From contig NZ_JAECZB010000024.1 of the NCBI RefSeq assembly GCF_016056295.1, positions 46,275 to 110,274 on the forward strand: a stretch of DNA of 64,000 nt, in the 5' to 3' direction. The position numbers were made by a program, and so were the translations under genes. This DNA is from Atlanticothrix silvestris CENA357 (GTDB taxonomy: Bacteria > Cyanobacteriota > Cyanobacteriia > Cyanobacteriales > Nostocaceae). Under the pieces are notes generated by a model that was not told the origin of the DNA, made no database searches, and saw nothing but the letters and a program-made list of their open reading frames with translations. Below, in pieces: positions 51,490-61,193 of the stretch. Position 1 is the first letter of the stretch, and each line of letters begins with the position of its first letter.

Positions 51490-51840
51490 TTAGCCTTCAT
51501 CCTGATACGCTTGCCAGAGTTGGTGGATAAATTGATTAAATTGTTGTTTAGCAGTTGAATCAGTCTCAGCTTTTGATTCTTTTGCCAAGACTTGACTTAA
51601 CAAGGTAATTACTTCCGTATCTAAAGCAGGTCGAAATAATTTGTCAGGCCAAAGCAAGTCAGAAGCATTTCGTAGGTCAGTAACTAGCGGTAATTCTTGG
51701 GTGTAGGTGACTAGCAATAAGGGGCGTACCCAACACAAATGACGAGAAACCACAACTTGAATGACTTCTGCATACAAATTTCTGTCGTTATATCCTAAAG
51801 ACACAATTTGTCCTGGTTGAAAATTTAGGGCCATGTTCAT
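51490..51840 (-). CDS. Hypothetical protein
   Basis: 116-aa ORF with balanced composition; no domain recognised. Confidence 0.4.
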   Translation of the reverse strand: MNMALNFQPGQIVSLGYNDRNLYAEVIQVVVSRHLCWVRPLLLVTYTQELPLVTDLRNASDLLWPDKLFRPALDTEVITLLSQVLAKESKAETDSTAKQQFNQFIHQLWQAYQDEG

Positions 51841-52088
51841 AATTATGCAGCTAGTTCAGTAGCAAGGGTGTCTTGCAGCTTTCTTAATTTTATGTATAGA
51901 TGCTGTAACATTAATGTAGCATTTTCAAATTTTTAATCTGTAGCATTGCCCCAATCCTTCGCTGCAAAAAATCATAGTGCTATAAAGTTGAAATGGAAAT
52001 GCTATAGAATATAGTAAATAACTGTTAAGCAAACGCAAGACAGAAACAAAGTATGTTGTAGTAAACCATCACAGAAAGAGCAAGAGCA

Positions 52089-52370
52089 GTGTCAGTCGAA
52101 ACTATTGAGAAGCGTTCCACGTCCCGCAAGCTTGCGCCTCGGTATCGCGTTTTGCTTCATAATGACGACTACAACTCTATGGAGCATGTGGTACAAGCAT
52201 TATTAACCACGGTGTCGAGTCTTACTCAACCGCAAGCTGTGAGTATTATGATGGAAGCCCATACTAATGGGCTAGCTTTAGTGATTACTTGTGCCCAAGA
52301 ACATGCTGAGTTCTATTGTGAAACATTGAAAAGTCATGGTTTAAGCAGCACAATTGAACCTGATGAATAG
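52089..52370 (+). CDS. clpS: ATP-dependent Clp protease adaptor ClpS
   Basis: YRVLLHNDDYNSMEHVVQALL... (ClpS N-degron binding core). 93 aa, GTG start. Confidence 0.85.
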   Translation: MSVETIEKRSTSRKLAPRYRVLLHNDDYNSMEHVVQALLTTVSSLTQPQAVSIMMEAHTNGLALVITCAQEHAEFYCETLKSHGLSSTIEPDE

Positions 52371-52540
52371 TCATTAGTCAGTGGTCAGTAGTCAGTGGTC
52401 AGTAGTCAGTATAAAAGGTAAATACCTAACAACTGACAACTGACCCTTACGAGTGAATCCTGCGGATACGCTACGTGAGCTCTAGTTAAGACCGTACTGG
52501 CTCACAACTGACAACTAACAACCAACTACTGACTGGTATG
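52371..52540. repeat. Large STRR inverted module (TAGTCAG/TGGTCAG x6, then CAACTGA x2, spacer, then a second CAACTGACAACTAACAACCAACTACTGAC arm)
   Basis: tcattagtcagtggtcagtagtcagtggtcagtagtcagtataaaaggtaaatacctaacaactgacaactgaccc ... cacaactgacaactaacaaccaactactgactgg. Confidence 0.8.
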
Positions 52541-53368
52541 AAAATAAACCTTCTTCGTGTAGCCCAAAACCCTGCCCCTATCAGGCTGGGTTATTTTATT
52601 ACAACTTTGTTACTGCTATGGTTGCCATTTGCTGCACCGATTTACTTACTAGTGAATGATGCTAATTTAGTAAGTATATTGACAATGGTGTTGCTATATG
52701 TAGAGTTTATTTTTCTTTTGAAGTTATGGGGAAAGCATGTCTACCAGCAACCCCTGATACTGCGGCAGTATGGCTTAGAAATCACGCGAAAAAACGGCTT
52801 AGATTTGCTGCGTGGCTTGGCTATGGGAGTAATTAACATTCTCATACTTTTTGGAGTACAAAGTTTTTTGGGTTGGCTAGTATGGCAACAACCAAAAGTT
52901 TTGTTGTTGAGAGTAATTTTAGAAGGTTTAATAGTTGGTTTGGGTATCGGCTTTGCAGAGGAATTGTTATTTCGAGGCTGGTTGCTAGATGAGTTACAGC
53001 GGGATTACAGTCCGCGTGTGGCATTGTGGACAGATGCCGTTACATTTGCTGTTTTGCACTTTATAAAACCTTTGGAAGCAATTATTCAAACACTGCCGCA
53101 ATTTCCAGCCTTAGTTTTGCTAGGGCTAACGCAGGTATGGGGAAAACGTTGGCGTAGGGGGCGATTGGGCTTACCTATTGGTCTACATGGAGGTTTAGTC
53201 TGGGGTTACTACATTATTAATGTGGGGGGATTAGTCAAATATTCTGGTCAAGTTCCTGATTGGGTAACTGGCGTGAATCAGAATCCCCTGCAAGGAGTGA
53301 TGGGAGTGTTCTTTATGAGTGTATTGGCGTTGTGGATTAGAGGGCGAATAAGTAAAAATTACATATAA
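52538..53368 (+). CDS. CPBP family intramembrane glutamic endopeptidase (CAAX protease/Abi-like)
   Basis: EELLFRGWL motif 1 and FAVLH motif 2. Multi-TM, 276 aa. Confidence 0.8.
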   Translation: MKINLLRVAQNPAPIRLGYFITTLLLLWLPFAAPIYLLVNDANLVSILTMVLLYVEFIFLLKLWGKHVYQQPLILRQYGLEITRKNGLDLLRGLAMGVINILILFGVQSFLGWLVWQQPKVLLLRVILEGLIVGLGIGFAEELLFRGWLLDELQRDYSPRVALWTDAVTFAVLHFIKPLEAIIQTLPQFPALVLLGLTQVWGKRWRRGRLGLPIGLHGGLVWGYYIINVGGLVKYSGQVPDWVTGVNQNPLQGVMGVFFMSVLALWIRGRISKNYI

Positions 53369-53456
53369 GTAATGCGATCGCTTGTGACTTTAAATCTCAG
53401 AATAATAAGTCTCAATCTTGATGTAAAGTTGATTTTAGCGGTGAAGAAAATATAAA

Positions 53457-53909
53457 GTGTCCCAAGCTTTTGAACAATCAATTAAAATTAATGCCACAGC
53501 TACGGTAGTGGAGAGTTGCATTACAGATTTAGCTCTCATGCACCGCTGGCTTAACCCCGTACTACGTTGTGAACCTGTAGGTGAAGCCTGGAGTACTGAT
53601 GTTGGCAGTCAAAGTCGCTTTATAATTCAAATTCCTTTACTTGAACCTACCCTCAACAGTGTAGTCGTAGAACGTCAACTAGGTGTGGTAGTGTGGGAAT
53701 TTAAGGGCTTTTTCCAAGGGCGCGATCGCTGGGAATGTCAACCATTAGCACAGGGAACGTGCTTATTGAACCGTTTTGAGTTTGATATTCCCAACCCCAT
53801 AGTGAGTTGGGGTTTCAACACCTTTGCAGCATCTTGGACTCAAGAAGATATGCAAGCTCAACTGCGTCGTTTCAAGCGAGTAGCAGAGGAAGTACAAATT
53901 AGTCAATAG
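53457..53909 (+). CDS. Probable SRPBCC-fold protein
   Basis: 150 aa. Pattern resembles START/polyketide-cyclase-like proteins, but the assignment is weak. Confidence 0.4.
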   Translation: MSQAFEQSIKINATATVVESCITDLALMHRWLNPVLRCEPVGEAWSTDVGSQSRFIIQIPLLEPTLNSVVVERQLGVVVWEFKGFFQGRDRWECQPLAQGTCLLNRFEFDIPNPIVSWGFNTFAASWTQEDMQAQLRRFKRVAEEVQISQ

Positions 53910-53969
53910 TCAGTTGTCAGCGATGCACTGAGTTTCGACTGCGCTCAATTACCGCTTGTCGAAGTGTTG

Positions 53970-54803
53970 CTATTCTCTTTTACTCCCCAGTTCAAGAAGC
54001 AACTGCCGAATTACTGGTGCATCTTCAGCATCAGGGATTTTTGCTAGATAAGTTTTCAAATCATCAGCAGCTTGCGGATAATGACCAAGTTGATAATATA
54101 GCAGGCCGCGATCGCGCACTTCTAAAATTGCGCTAGGGAGTAATAGCAAAATTCGTTCGACCGCAGCTAGGGTTTTTGCTAAATCTTGCTTTTTAAGGTA
54201 GATATATTTCAAATTTGTCAGCATTCGTACCAAAAATTGTCCATTGCTGACGGGGGCTAAAAATTCTGGTTTTAAATTCACGGGTTGTTGAAACATTTGA
54301 GTGAGTCGTTCTTGGCAATCTTGTGCAAACATCACCTCACCCTGATTAAATGCATCAACAAAAATTTCCACATCTGGAATATCTGGACGAATTAAAAAGT
54401 GTCCTGGCATTCCTATCCCTACCATTGGAAAGTCAATTCTCTGAGCAATTTCTAGATAAACTAATGCCAAAGTAATGGGAATCCCTAACCGACGGTCAAT
54501 CACATTATTTAAAAAACTATTGCGAGGATCATAGTAATTTGATTTATTACCAAAAAATTTTAAATCTTCATATAAATACTGATTTAGACTTTGAATCAGC
54601 CGTAGAGGATACCGGGAAGTTGGTAAGCGTTCTTGAACTTCACCTGCCATTGTATCAAGGGCATTAAGGTATTCTTCTGGTTCAAGGTCAGGATACTCTT
54701 CCTGTGCAATATACAGAGCTGCCTTTGCTAAGTTAATATGCTCGTCAGGCTGATGAATCTCCTGAGAAAAATATTGTCGCGCTAACGATAAATTCATAAG
54801 CAA
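53970..54803 (-). CDS. SirB1-like (UPF0162) protein: transglutaminase-like N-domain plus C-terminal TPR-like region
   Basis: 277 aa. LAKAALYIAQEEYPDLE... start and LYYQLGHYPQAADDLKTYL TPR-like end resemble the SirB1/YchA family. Confidence 0.45.
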   Translation of the reverse strand: MLMNLSLARQYFSQEIHQPDEHINLAKAALYIAQEEYPDLEPEEYLNALDTMAGEVQERLPTSRYPLRLIQSLNQYLYEDLKFFGNKSNYYDPRNSFLNNVIDRRLGIPITLALVYLEIAQRIDFPMVGIGMPGHFLIRPDIPDVEIFVDAFNQGEVMFAQDCQERLTQMFQQPVNLKPEFLAPVSNGQFLVRMLTNLKYIYLKKQDLAKTLAAVERILLLLPSAILEVRDRGLLYYQLGHYPQAADDLKTYLAKIPDAEDAPVIRQLLLELGSKRE

Positions 54804-55493
54804 AACCTAGGTAAAAGTATATGGATTGAACAAGAGTAAGCAAACTGAAAGCTGTTTTATTTGCTTATTTTGATTTTAATAAAAGTAAGAGCATTGATGA
54901 AGATATTTAGCATAGTATTATTATCTGTATTTTTGCCTCACAGCACAAAAAATTTAAATTTTACGAAAATTTTTAATAAGGTTCTCGGTATTGCAACAAC
55001 TGGCATTATTCTCCATCTGCAACAAACTTATTAAGACGAATTTTGGATGAAAGGTATTCTTTCTGATCAAATTCATAGTTCAATACTTATATAAATCTAT
55101 GTTAAGGAGCAGCATAATTTTATAAACTTTTATCCAGTAATTTTTCTGTTGTTTTGTTGAAAAAGTCTATTAGCTATAGAGATTAGCTTCTATTTAAGCT
55201 AAACAGCAATTTAATTTTTGTGTAAATTCACGGATAACCTTGCGTATAGCAACCAATTATCTAGTAAGTTATATAAACATAAGGTTGAATAAAATACTGT
55301 TAAAACTTCACCACTAAGTTAAACAAAAAATAAAAATAAATTATCTAGTATTTATTTTGTCTCTATTTTTATGTCTGCGAAAGGTTAATTAATAGCCTGT
55401 CGTCGGAAAAACTTTGTGTGTAATTTTAACTATTATTTACCAAGTTCACATTAATTCTACTGTTAAACCACATCTTATTGGAGCCAAAATTTC

Positions 55494-56156
55494 ATGTTGA
55501 GCAGAAATATAATTAAAAATTTAGCAGTAGCTATCTGTGGTACTTCATTATTTACTTTAGTAGCAGCTAGCAAAGCACAAGCTACAACTATTACATTTGA
55601 CGATGGTACTACAAATATTTCTGTAGGAAATTTCTACAGTGATCAAGGAGTTACATTTTATAATGCTTCATTTAGTTCTAATTTTGAATTACCAGGCTCC
55701 TCAGGGTTATTGGGATTTAATGCCACCAATGGTGTTTATCAACCTACATCGTTGACACCAATTATTGGTTTTTTTTCTCAAGCACAAAACTTTGTGAGCA
55801 TCAGGGGAATAGACGTTGGTGCTAACGGTATTAGGTTGGATGCTTTAGATGCTGATGGAAATTTACTCACTTTCGATGAATTTTTTGGTACTGGTCTGGG
55901 CGTAGGTATTTTTCATGATTTGAGTGTGACAGGGGATAAAATTCGTAGTTTTAGGCTGTATCAACCTCAAAATTTGATCGGTGATGGAGTAGTATTCGAT
56001 AATCTTACTTTTACTGCTCAACCTACTGCTGTCCTTGAACCTACTGCTGTCCCTGAACCTGCGACGGTATTAGGCTTATTGATGGCTAGTGCTTTTGGTG
56101 TCACTTCCCATAAAAAAGAAGACAAGCACAAAGAAAAACCTACAAGCATTGTGTAG
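55494..56156 (+). CDS. PEP-CTERM sorting-domain protein (putative exosortase substrate)
   Basis: N-terminal signal peptide. C-terminal VPEPATVLGLLMASAFGV (PEP motif plus TM helix) followed by a basic tail HKKEDKHKEK. Confidence 0.75.
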   Translation: MLSRNIIKNLAVAICGTSLFTLVAASKAQATTITFDDGTTNISVGNFYSDQGVTFYNASFSSNFELPGSSGLLGFNATNGVYQPTSLTPIIGFFSQAQNFVSIRGIDVGANGIRLDALDADGNLLTFDEFFGTGLGVGIFHDLSVTGDKIRSFRLYQPQNLIGDGVVFDNLTFTAQPTAVLEPTAVPEPATVLGLLMASAFGVTSHKKEDKHKEKPTSIV

Positions 56157-56421
56157 TCTGAGGTATATCTACTCAAAGTTAGATCACATAAGGTAGAATT
56201 CATCTCGTCTTTTTGTCTATCTTGTCTGCTTTCTCTACTGCTTTAGCGATCAAAAATTAATGCGGTGGACTATTAATGACCTATTTCTACCTAAATGATG
56301 CTTTTAACGAAAGCTGCTGAGCTGCTTTTTTAAGGAATTACTAAGGGAGTTGTGTCCCCCTCCGATGCTACAGTGAAAGATGACATTGCTTAATCATTAT
56401 GTCTTCTACGACCTTATCTGA

Positions 56422-57897
<1,476 letters not shown>

Positions 57898-58020
57898 TTA
57901 GTTAGTGGTCAGTAGTCAGTAGTCAGTGGTTAAAAATACCTAACAACTGACTACTGATACTTCGACTTTGCTCAGTACAAGCAACTGACAACTGACAACT
58001 CACAACTGACAAAAGACAAA
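57898..58020. repeat. STRR inverted module between atpD and atpC (TAGTCAG/TGGTCAG arm, then CAACTGAC x4 arm)
   Basis: ttagttagtggtcagtagtcagtagtcagtggttaaaaatacctaacaactgactactgat ... gcaactgacaactgacaactcacaactgacaaaagacaa. Confidence 0.8.
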
Positions 58021-58433
58021 TGACATTAACCGTTCGTGTAATTTCCCCAGACAAAACAGTTTGGGATGCCCAGGCTGAAGAAGTAATTTTGCCCAGTACT
58101 ACTGGTCAGCTAGGTATCCTCAGTGGTCACGCACCACTGTTAAGCGCTCTGGATATTGGTGTCATGCGAGTACGTGCTGCTAAAAATCAGAGTTGGCAAG
58201 CGATCGCTCTTTTGGGTGGTTTTGCCGAAGTCGAAGAAAACGAAGTGACAATTCTGGTTAACAGCGCTGAACGTGGCGATAAAATTAATCTTGAAGAAGC
58301 TCGTGCTGCTTATACTCAAGCAGAAACGCGTCTTGCTCAAGTACCAGCAGGCGATCGCCAAGCCCAAATCCAAGCAAATCAAGCCTTCAAACGCGCCCGC
58401 GCCCGCTTTCAAGCTGCCGGCGGTTTGGTCTAA
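58020..58433 (+). CDS. atpC: ATP synthase F1 epsilon subunit
   Basis: [41 protein letters not shown], conserved epsilon N-terminal beta-sandwich. 137 aa. Confidence 0.93.
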   Translation: MTLTVRVISPDKTVWDAQAEEVILPSTTGQLGILSGHAPLLSALDIGVMRVRAAKNQSWQAIALLGGFAEVEENEVTILVNSAERGDKINLEEARAAYTQAETRLAQVPAGDRQAQIQANQAFKRARARFQAAGGLV

Positions 58434-58452
58434 AATTTTATTTTTTTATCTT

Positions 58453-58479
58453 GTAGAGACGCGCCACGGCGCGTCTCTG
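58453..58479. repeat. Palindromic repeat GTAGAGACGCGCCACGGCGCGTCTCT (family member 3 of 3)
   Basis: Perfect 10-bp stem AGAGACGCGC/GCGCGTCTCT, 20 bp after the atpC stop, preceded by a T-run. Confidence 0.7.
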
Positions 58480-58576
58480 CATTACCATATACAAAATTAC
58501 ACCAAGTTTAAGAAATCTAGCATAGCCAAAGTGAAGTGTTAATTTGGATAACTAGTTGCCCAGAAGGGCAAAAATT

Positions 58577-60688
58577 ATGAAAAATTTTTCATTTTCCCTT
58601 GGGAAGCTCAAACAAAATAAATTAGCTGGTTTTGCAACATCTCTAATCGCAACATTGGCATTGACTGGCGCTGTTAATTCTGCCAATGCTACTACTCTCA
58701 AAACCACTGTAAAAGAAATTAGTTCGGTATCAGTTCAATTAAGTCAAATACAACCAAGTACCACTCAGTTAACAACTCACAAAACTCAATATCAAGTAAT
58801 GGGGCTGGAGCCGTGGGGACTCATCCCCATTGTTTTAGTCGGTGGTTTTGTGATCTTTGTCCCCCTATTTTTTGGCGGATTAGTAGTCATTGGTGAGCGG
58901 GAAGTTGGGATTGTAGTCAGAAAATTTACCCTTTCTGGGCGTGGACTCCCTGCCGGACGGTTGATTGCTCTCAATGGCGAAGCCGGCTTACAAGCAGATA
59001 CTCTAGCTCCTGGTTGGCATTGGGGCTATTGGCCTTGGCAGTATTCCGTAAAAAAAGAGCCAGTAATTGTTGTCCCCCAAGGGGAAATCGCCTTGATTGT
59101 CGCAGCAGATGGTGAACCCAACCCACCAGAACGCATCCTAGGTAAAATTGTCAATTGCGACAACTTCCAAGATGCTCGGAAATTCCTAACTCAAGGTGGA
59201 GAAAAAGGTCGGCAAATGAGTTTTCTCACCGCAGGGACTTACCGCATCAATACTGCCCTGTTTAAGGTAATTACAGCGGCAAACGCTAATGCTCATGGTA
59301 TGACTCCGCAACAGTTGCACATTTATGAGATAGCCGCAGAGAAGGTTGGTATTGTTACTACTTTAGATGGTTCACCGATCATAGCAGGTGAAATCGCTGG
59401 ACGCATCATTAACGGGCATGATAATTTTCAGAATGGTCAAAAATTTATCGATGCTGGGGGACAACGGGGTTTACAAGAACAGGTACTATTGTCGGGTTCG
59501 TGGAACCTAAACCCTTGGTTGATAAATATTGAACAAGTTCCAATGACAGAAATCCCCATCGGTTATGTGGGTGTGGTAATTTCTTTCGTAGGCAAAGAAC
59601 ACGAAGATGTCAGCGGAGCGTCTTTCACTCACGGGAATTTAGTCAACCAAGGACATAAAGGCGTTTGGGTAGAGCCGTTATATCCTGGGAAACACCCGCT
59701 CAATACTAAGGTGATGAAAATTGAGCTAGTACCAACAACAAATATTGTTTTAAGCTTTACTGAAAGAATTAGTGGTAAACACGGCTACGATACAAACTTA
59801 CAGGCGCTGAAACTATTATCATTTGACGGTTTCAGCTTTGATTTAGAGATATTCCAAATTATTCATATTGGTGCTTCAGATGCCCCAAAAGTGATTTCCC
59901 GCTTAGGTTCGATGCAAAACGTCATCGATCAGGTTTTGCGTCCAATTGTAGGGAATTATTTCCGCAACTCGGCTCAAGAGTATACTATTTTGGATTTCTT
60001 AATTGCGCGTAGTGAACGCCAAGTTGAAGCCTCCGAATACGTTAAATCTGCCTTGCGTGCTTATGATGTCCAAGCGGTGGATTCGTTGATTGGTTTGATT
60101 ACCCCACCAGATGAATTAATGCACACACTGACAGACCGGAAAATTGCTGAGGAAAAACGTAAAACTTACGAAGTTCAGCAAATGGCGCAAACCCAACGAC
60201 AACAACTTGTTCGGGAGACAGCACTAGCTGATATCCAAGAAGAAATGGTGCAATCAGAACAGAGTGTAATGATTGCCGATTTGAAAGCCCAAGCACAAAT
60301 TAAGCAAGCGACTGGTGAAGCAGAAGGTACAAAACTGCGGGCAATTGCTGAGGCTGAAGGTATTCGGGCTACAGGTAATGCTAAAGCTGAGACATACCAA
60401 GCGGGTGTGGAAGCTTTGGGATCATCGGGTTATACAGCGATGCAGCTAATGCAGATTATAGGCGATCGCAATGTCCGCTTGATTCCAGATGTGCTTGTGG
60501 GTGGTAGTAATGGCAGTACCAACGGCTTGGTAGATGGTCTACTATCAATGATTTTATGGAATCAAACAGCCAAGCCAAGTGAAGATACGCCAACGCCTTT
60601 GCATCCACAACCGATAGTTACCAAAACACCACCAATTACGCCAAATGGTGCTACTCAGTTTGTTGTAGAATTGCCTAAAGATAAATAA
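58577..60688 (+). CDS. Flotillin-family SPFH/band-7 protein
   Basis: N-proximal hydrophobic hairpin. SPFH domain (GEREVGIVVRKF...). Ala/Glu/Gln-rich coiled-coil region (AEAEGIRATGNAKAETYQAG). Conserved flotillin C-terminus GDRNVRLIPDVLVGG. The listed ORF starts at a TTG at 58556. The ATG at 58577 gives a signal-peptide-like N-terminus; the alternative ATG at 58799 starts directly at the TM hairpin. Confidence 0.75.
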   Translation: MKNFSFSLGKLKQNKLAGFATSLIATLALTGAVNSANATTLKTTVKEISSVSVQLSQIQPSTTQLTTHKTQYQVMGLEPWGLIPIVLVGGFVIFVPLFFGGLVVIGEREVGIVVRKFTLSGRGLPAGRLIALNGEAGLQADTLAPGWHWGYWPWQYSVKKEPVIVVPQGEIALIVAADGEPNPPERILGKIVNCDNFQDARKFLTQGGEKGRQMSFLTAGTYRINTALFKVITAANANAHGMTPQQLHIYEIAAEKVGIVTTLDGSPIIAGEIAGRIINGHDNFQNGQKFIDAGGQRGLQEQVLLSGSWNLNPWLINIEQVPMTEIPIGYVGVVISFVGKEHEDVSGASFTHGNLVNQGHKGVWVEPLYPGKHPLNTKVMKIELVPTTNIVLSFTERISGKHGYDTNLQALKLLSFDGFSFDLEIFQIIHIGASDAPKVISRLGSMQNVIDQVLRPIVGNYFRNSAQEYTILDFLIARSERQVEASEYVKSALRAYDVQAVDSLIGLITPPDELMHTLTDRKIAEEKRKTYEVQQMAQTQRQQLVRETALADIQEEMVQSEQSVMIADLKAQAQIKQATGEAEGTKLRAIAEAEGIRATGNAKAETYQAGVEALGSSGYTAMQLMQIIGDRNVRLIPDVLVGGSNGSTNGLVDGLLSMILWNQTAKPSEDTPTPLHPQPIVTKTPPITPNGATQFVVELPKDK

Positions 60689-60814
60689 AGTAAGTAGTTG
60701 GCACTTTAGCGATTCAAGAGGACTAAAGTGCTACTAATTCGATATTTTGTTTTGTCCGATCGCGCATAAGTTTTTCCAAAGAAGCAGGTAGTGAGATAGT
60801 ATATTGACTCATTT

Positions 60815-61108
60815 CTAAGACTCTTCAATCTGCTGTAAATCTGCCAAAAGCTGATTCACAAAAGTCTCACCATCAATTTTTTCTCCCCGTTCAAGTGATG
60901 CAATACCTTCATCAATTTTGGTACGAGTTTCATCTATCCATACTTGATATGCACAGTTATCTTCTTGTAATAGGTGTAATGCAGCTTGAATTACTTCGCT
61001 AATATTACTAAATCTTCCTGTTGCAAGCAAATCTTGCACAACTTTCTCTTGGTCTGGTGTTAGTGTCATGTTCATGTTGATTGCGTAGGCGTAGCCCACC
61101 ACAGACAT
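60815..61108 (-). CDS. parD: ParD-family (COG3609, ribbon-helix-helix) type II antitoxin; true start probably at an internal Met (MNMTLTPDQ...)
   Basis: LTPDQEKVVQDLLATGRFSNISEVIQAALHLLQE matches the ParD/COG3609 consensus (sLtpele.fi...v.sGrY.saSEvvR.aLRlLee). Confidence 0.65.
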   Translation of the reverse strand: MSVVGYAYAINMNMTLTPDQEKVVQDLLATGRFSNISEVIQAALHLLQEDNCAYQVWIDETRTKIDEGIASLERGEKIDGETFVNQLLADLQQIEES

Positions 61109-61193
61109 TGCTAGTTTTTTCCATGATACAGCAACTACTTTTTAGATATGAACTCGCAGAAAGATTAAAACACGATCAGGCTACATTAATGTT

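Noticed and set aside
60721-60812. 29-codon ORF immediately downstream of parD considered as the ParE toxin
   Set aside because: Too short (a ParE is 90-100 aa), and the sequence MSQYTISLPASLEKLMRDR looks like an RHH N-terminus rather than a RelE/ParE fold. It is kept only as a possible gene remnant.
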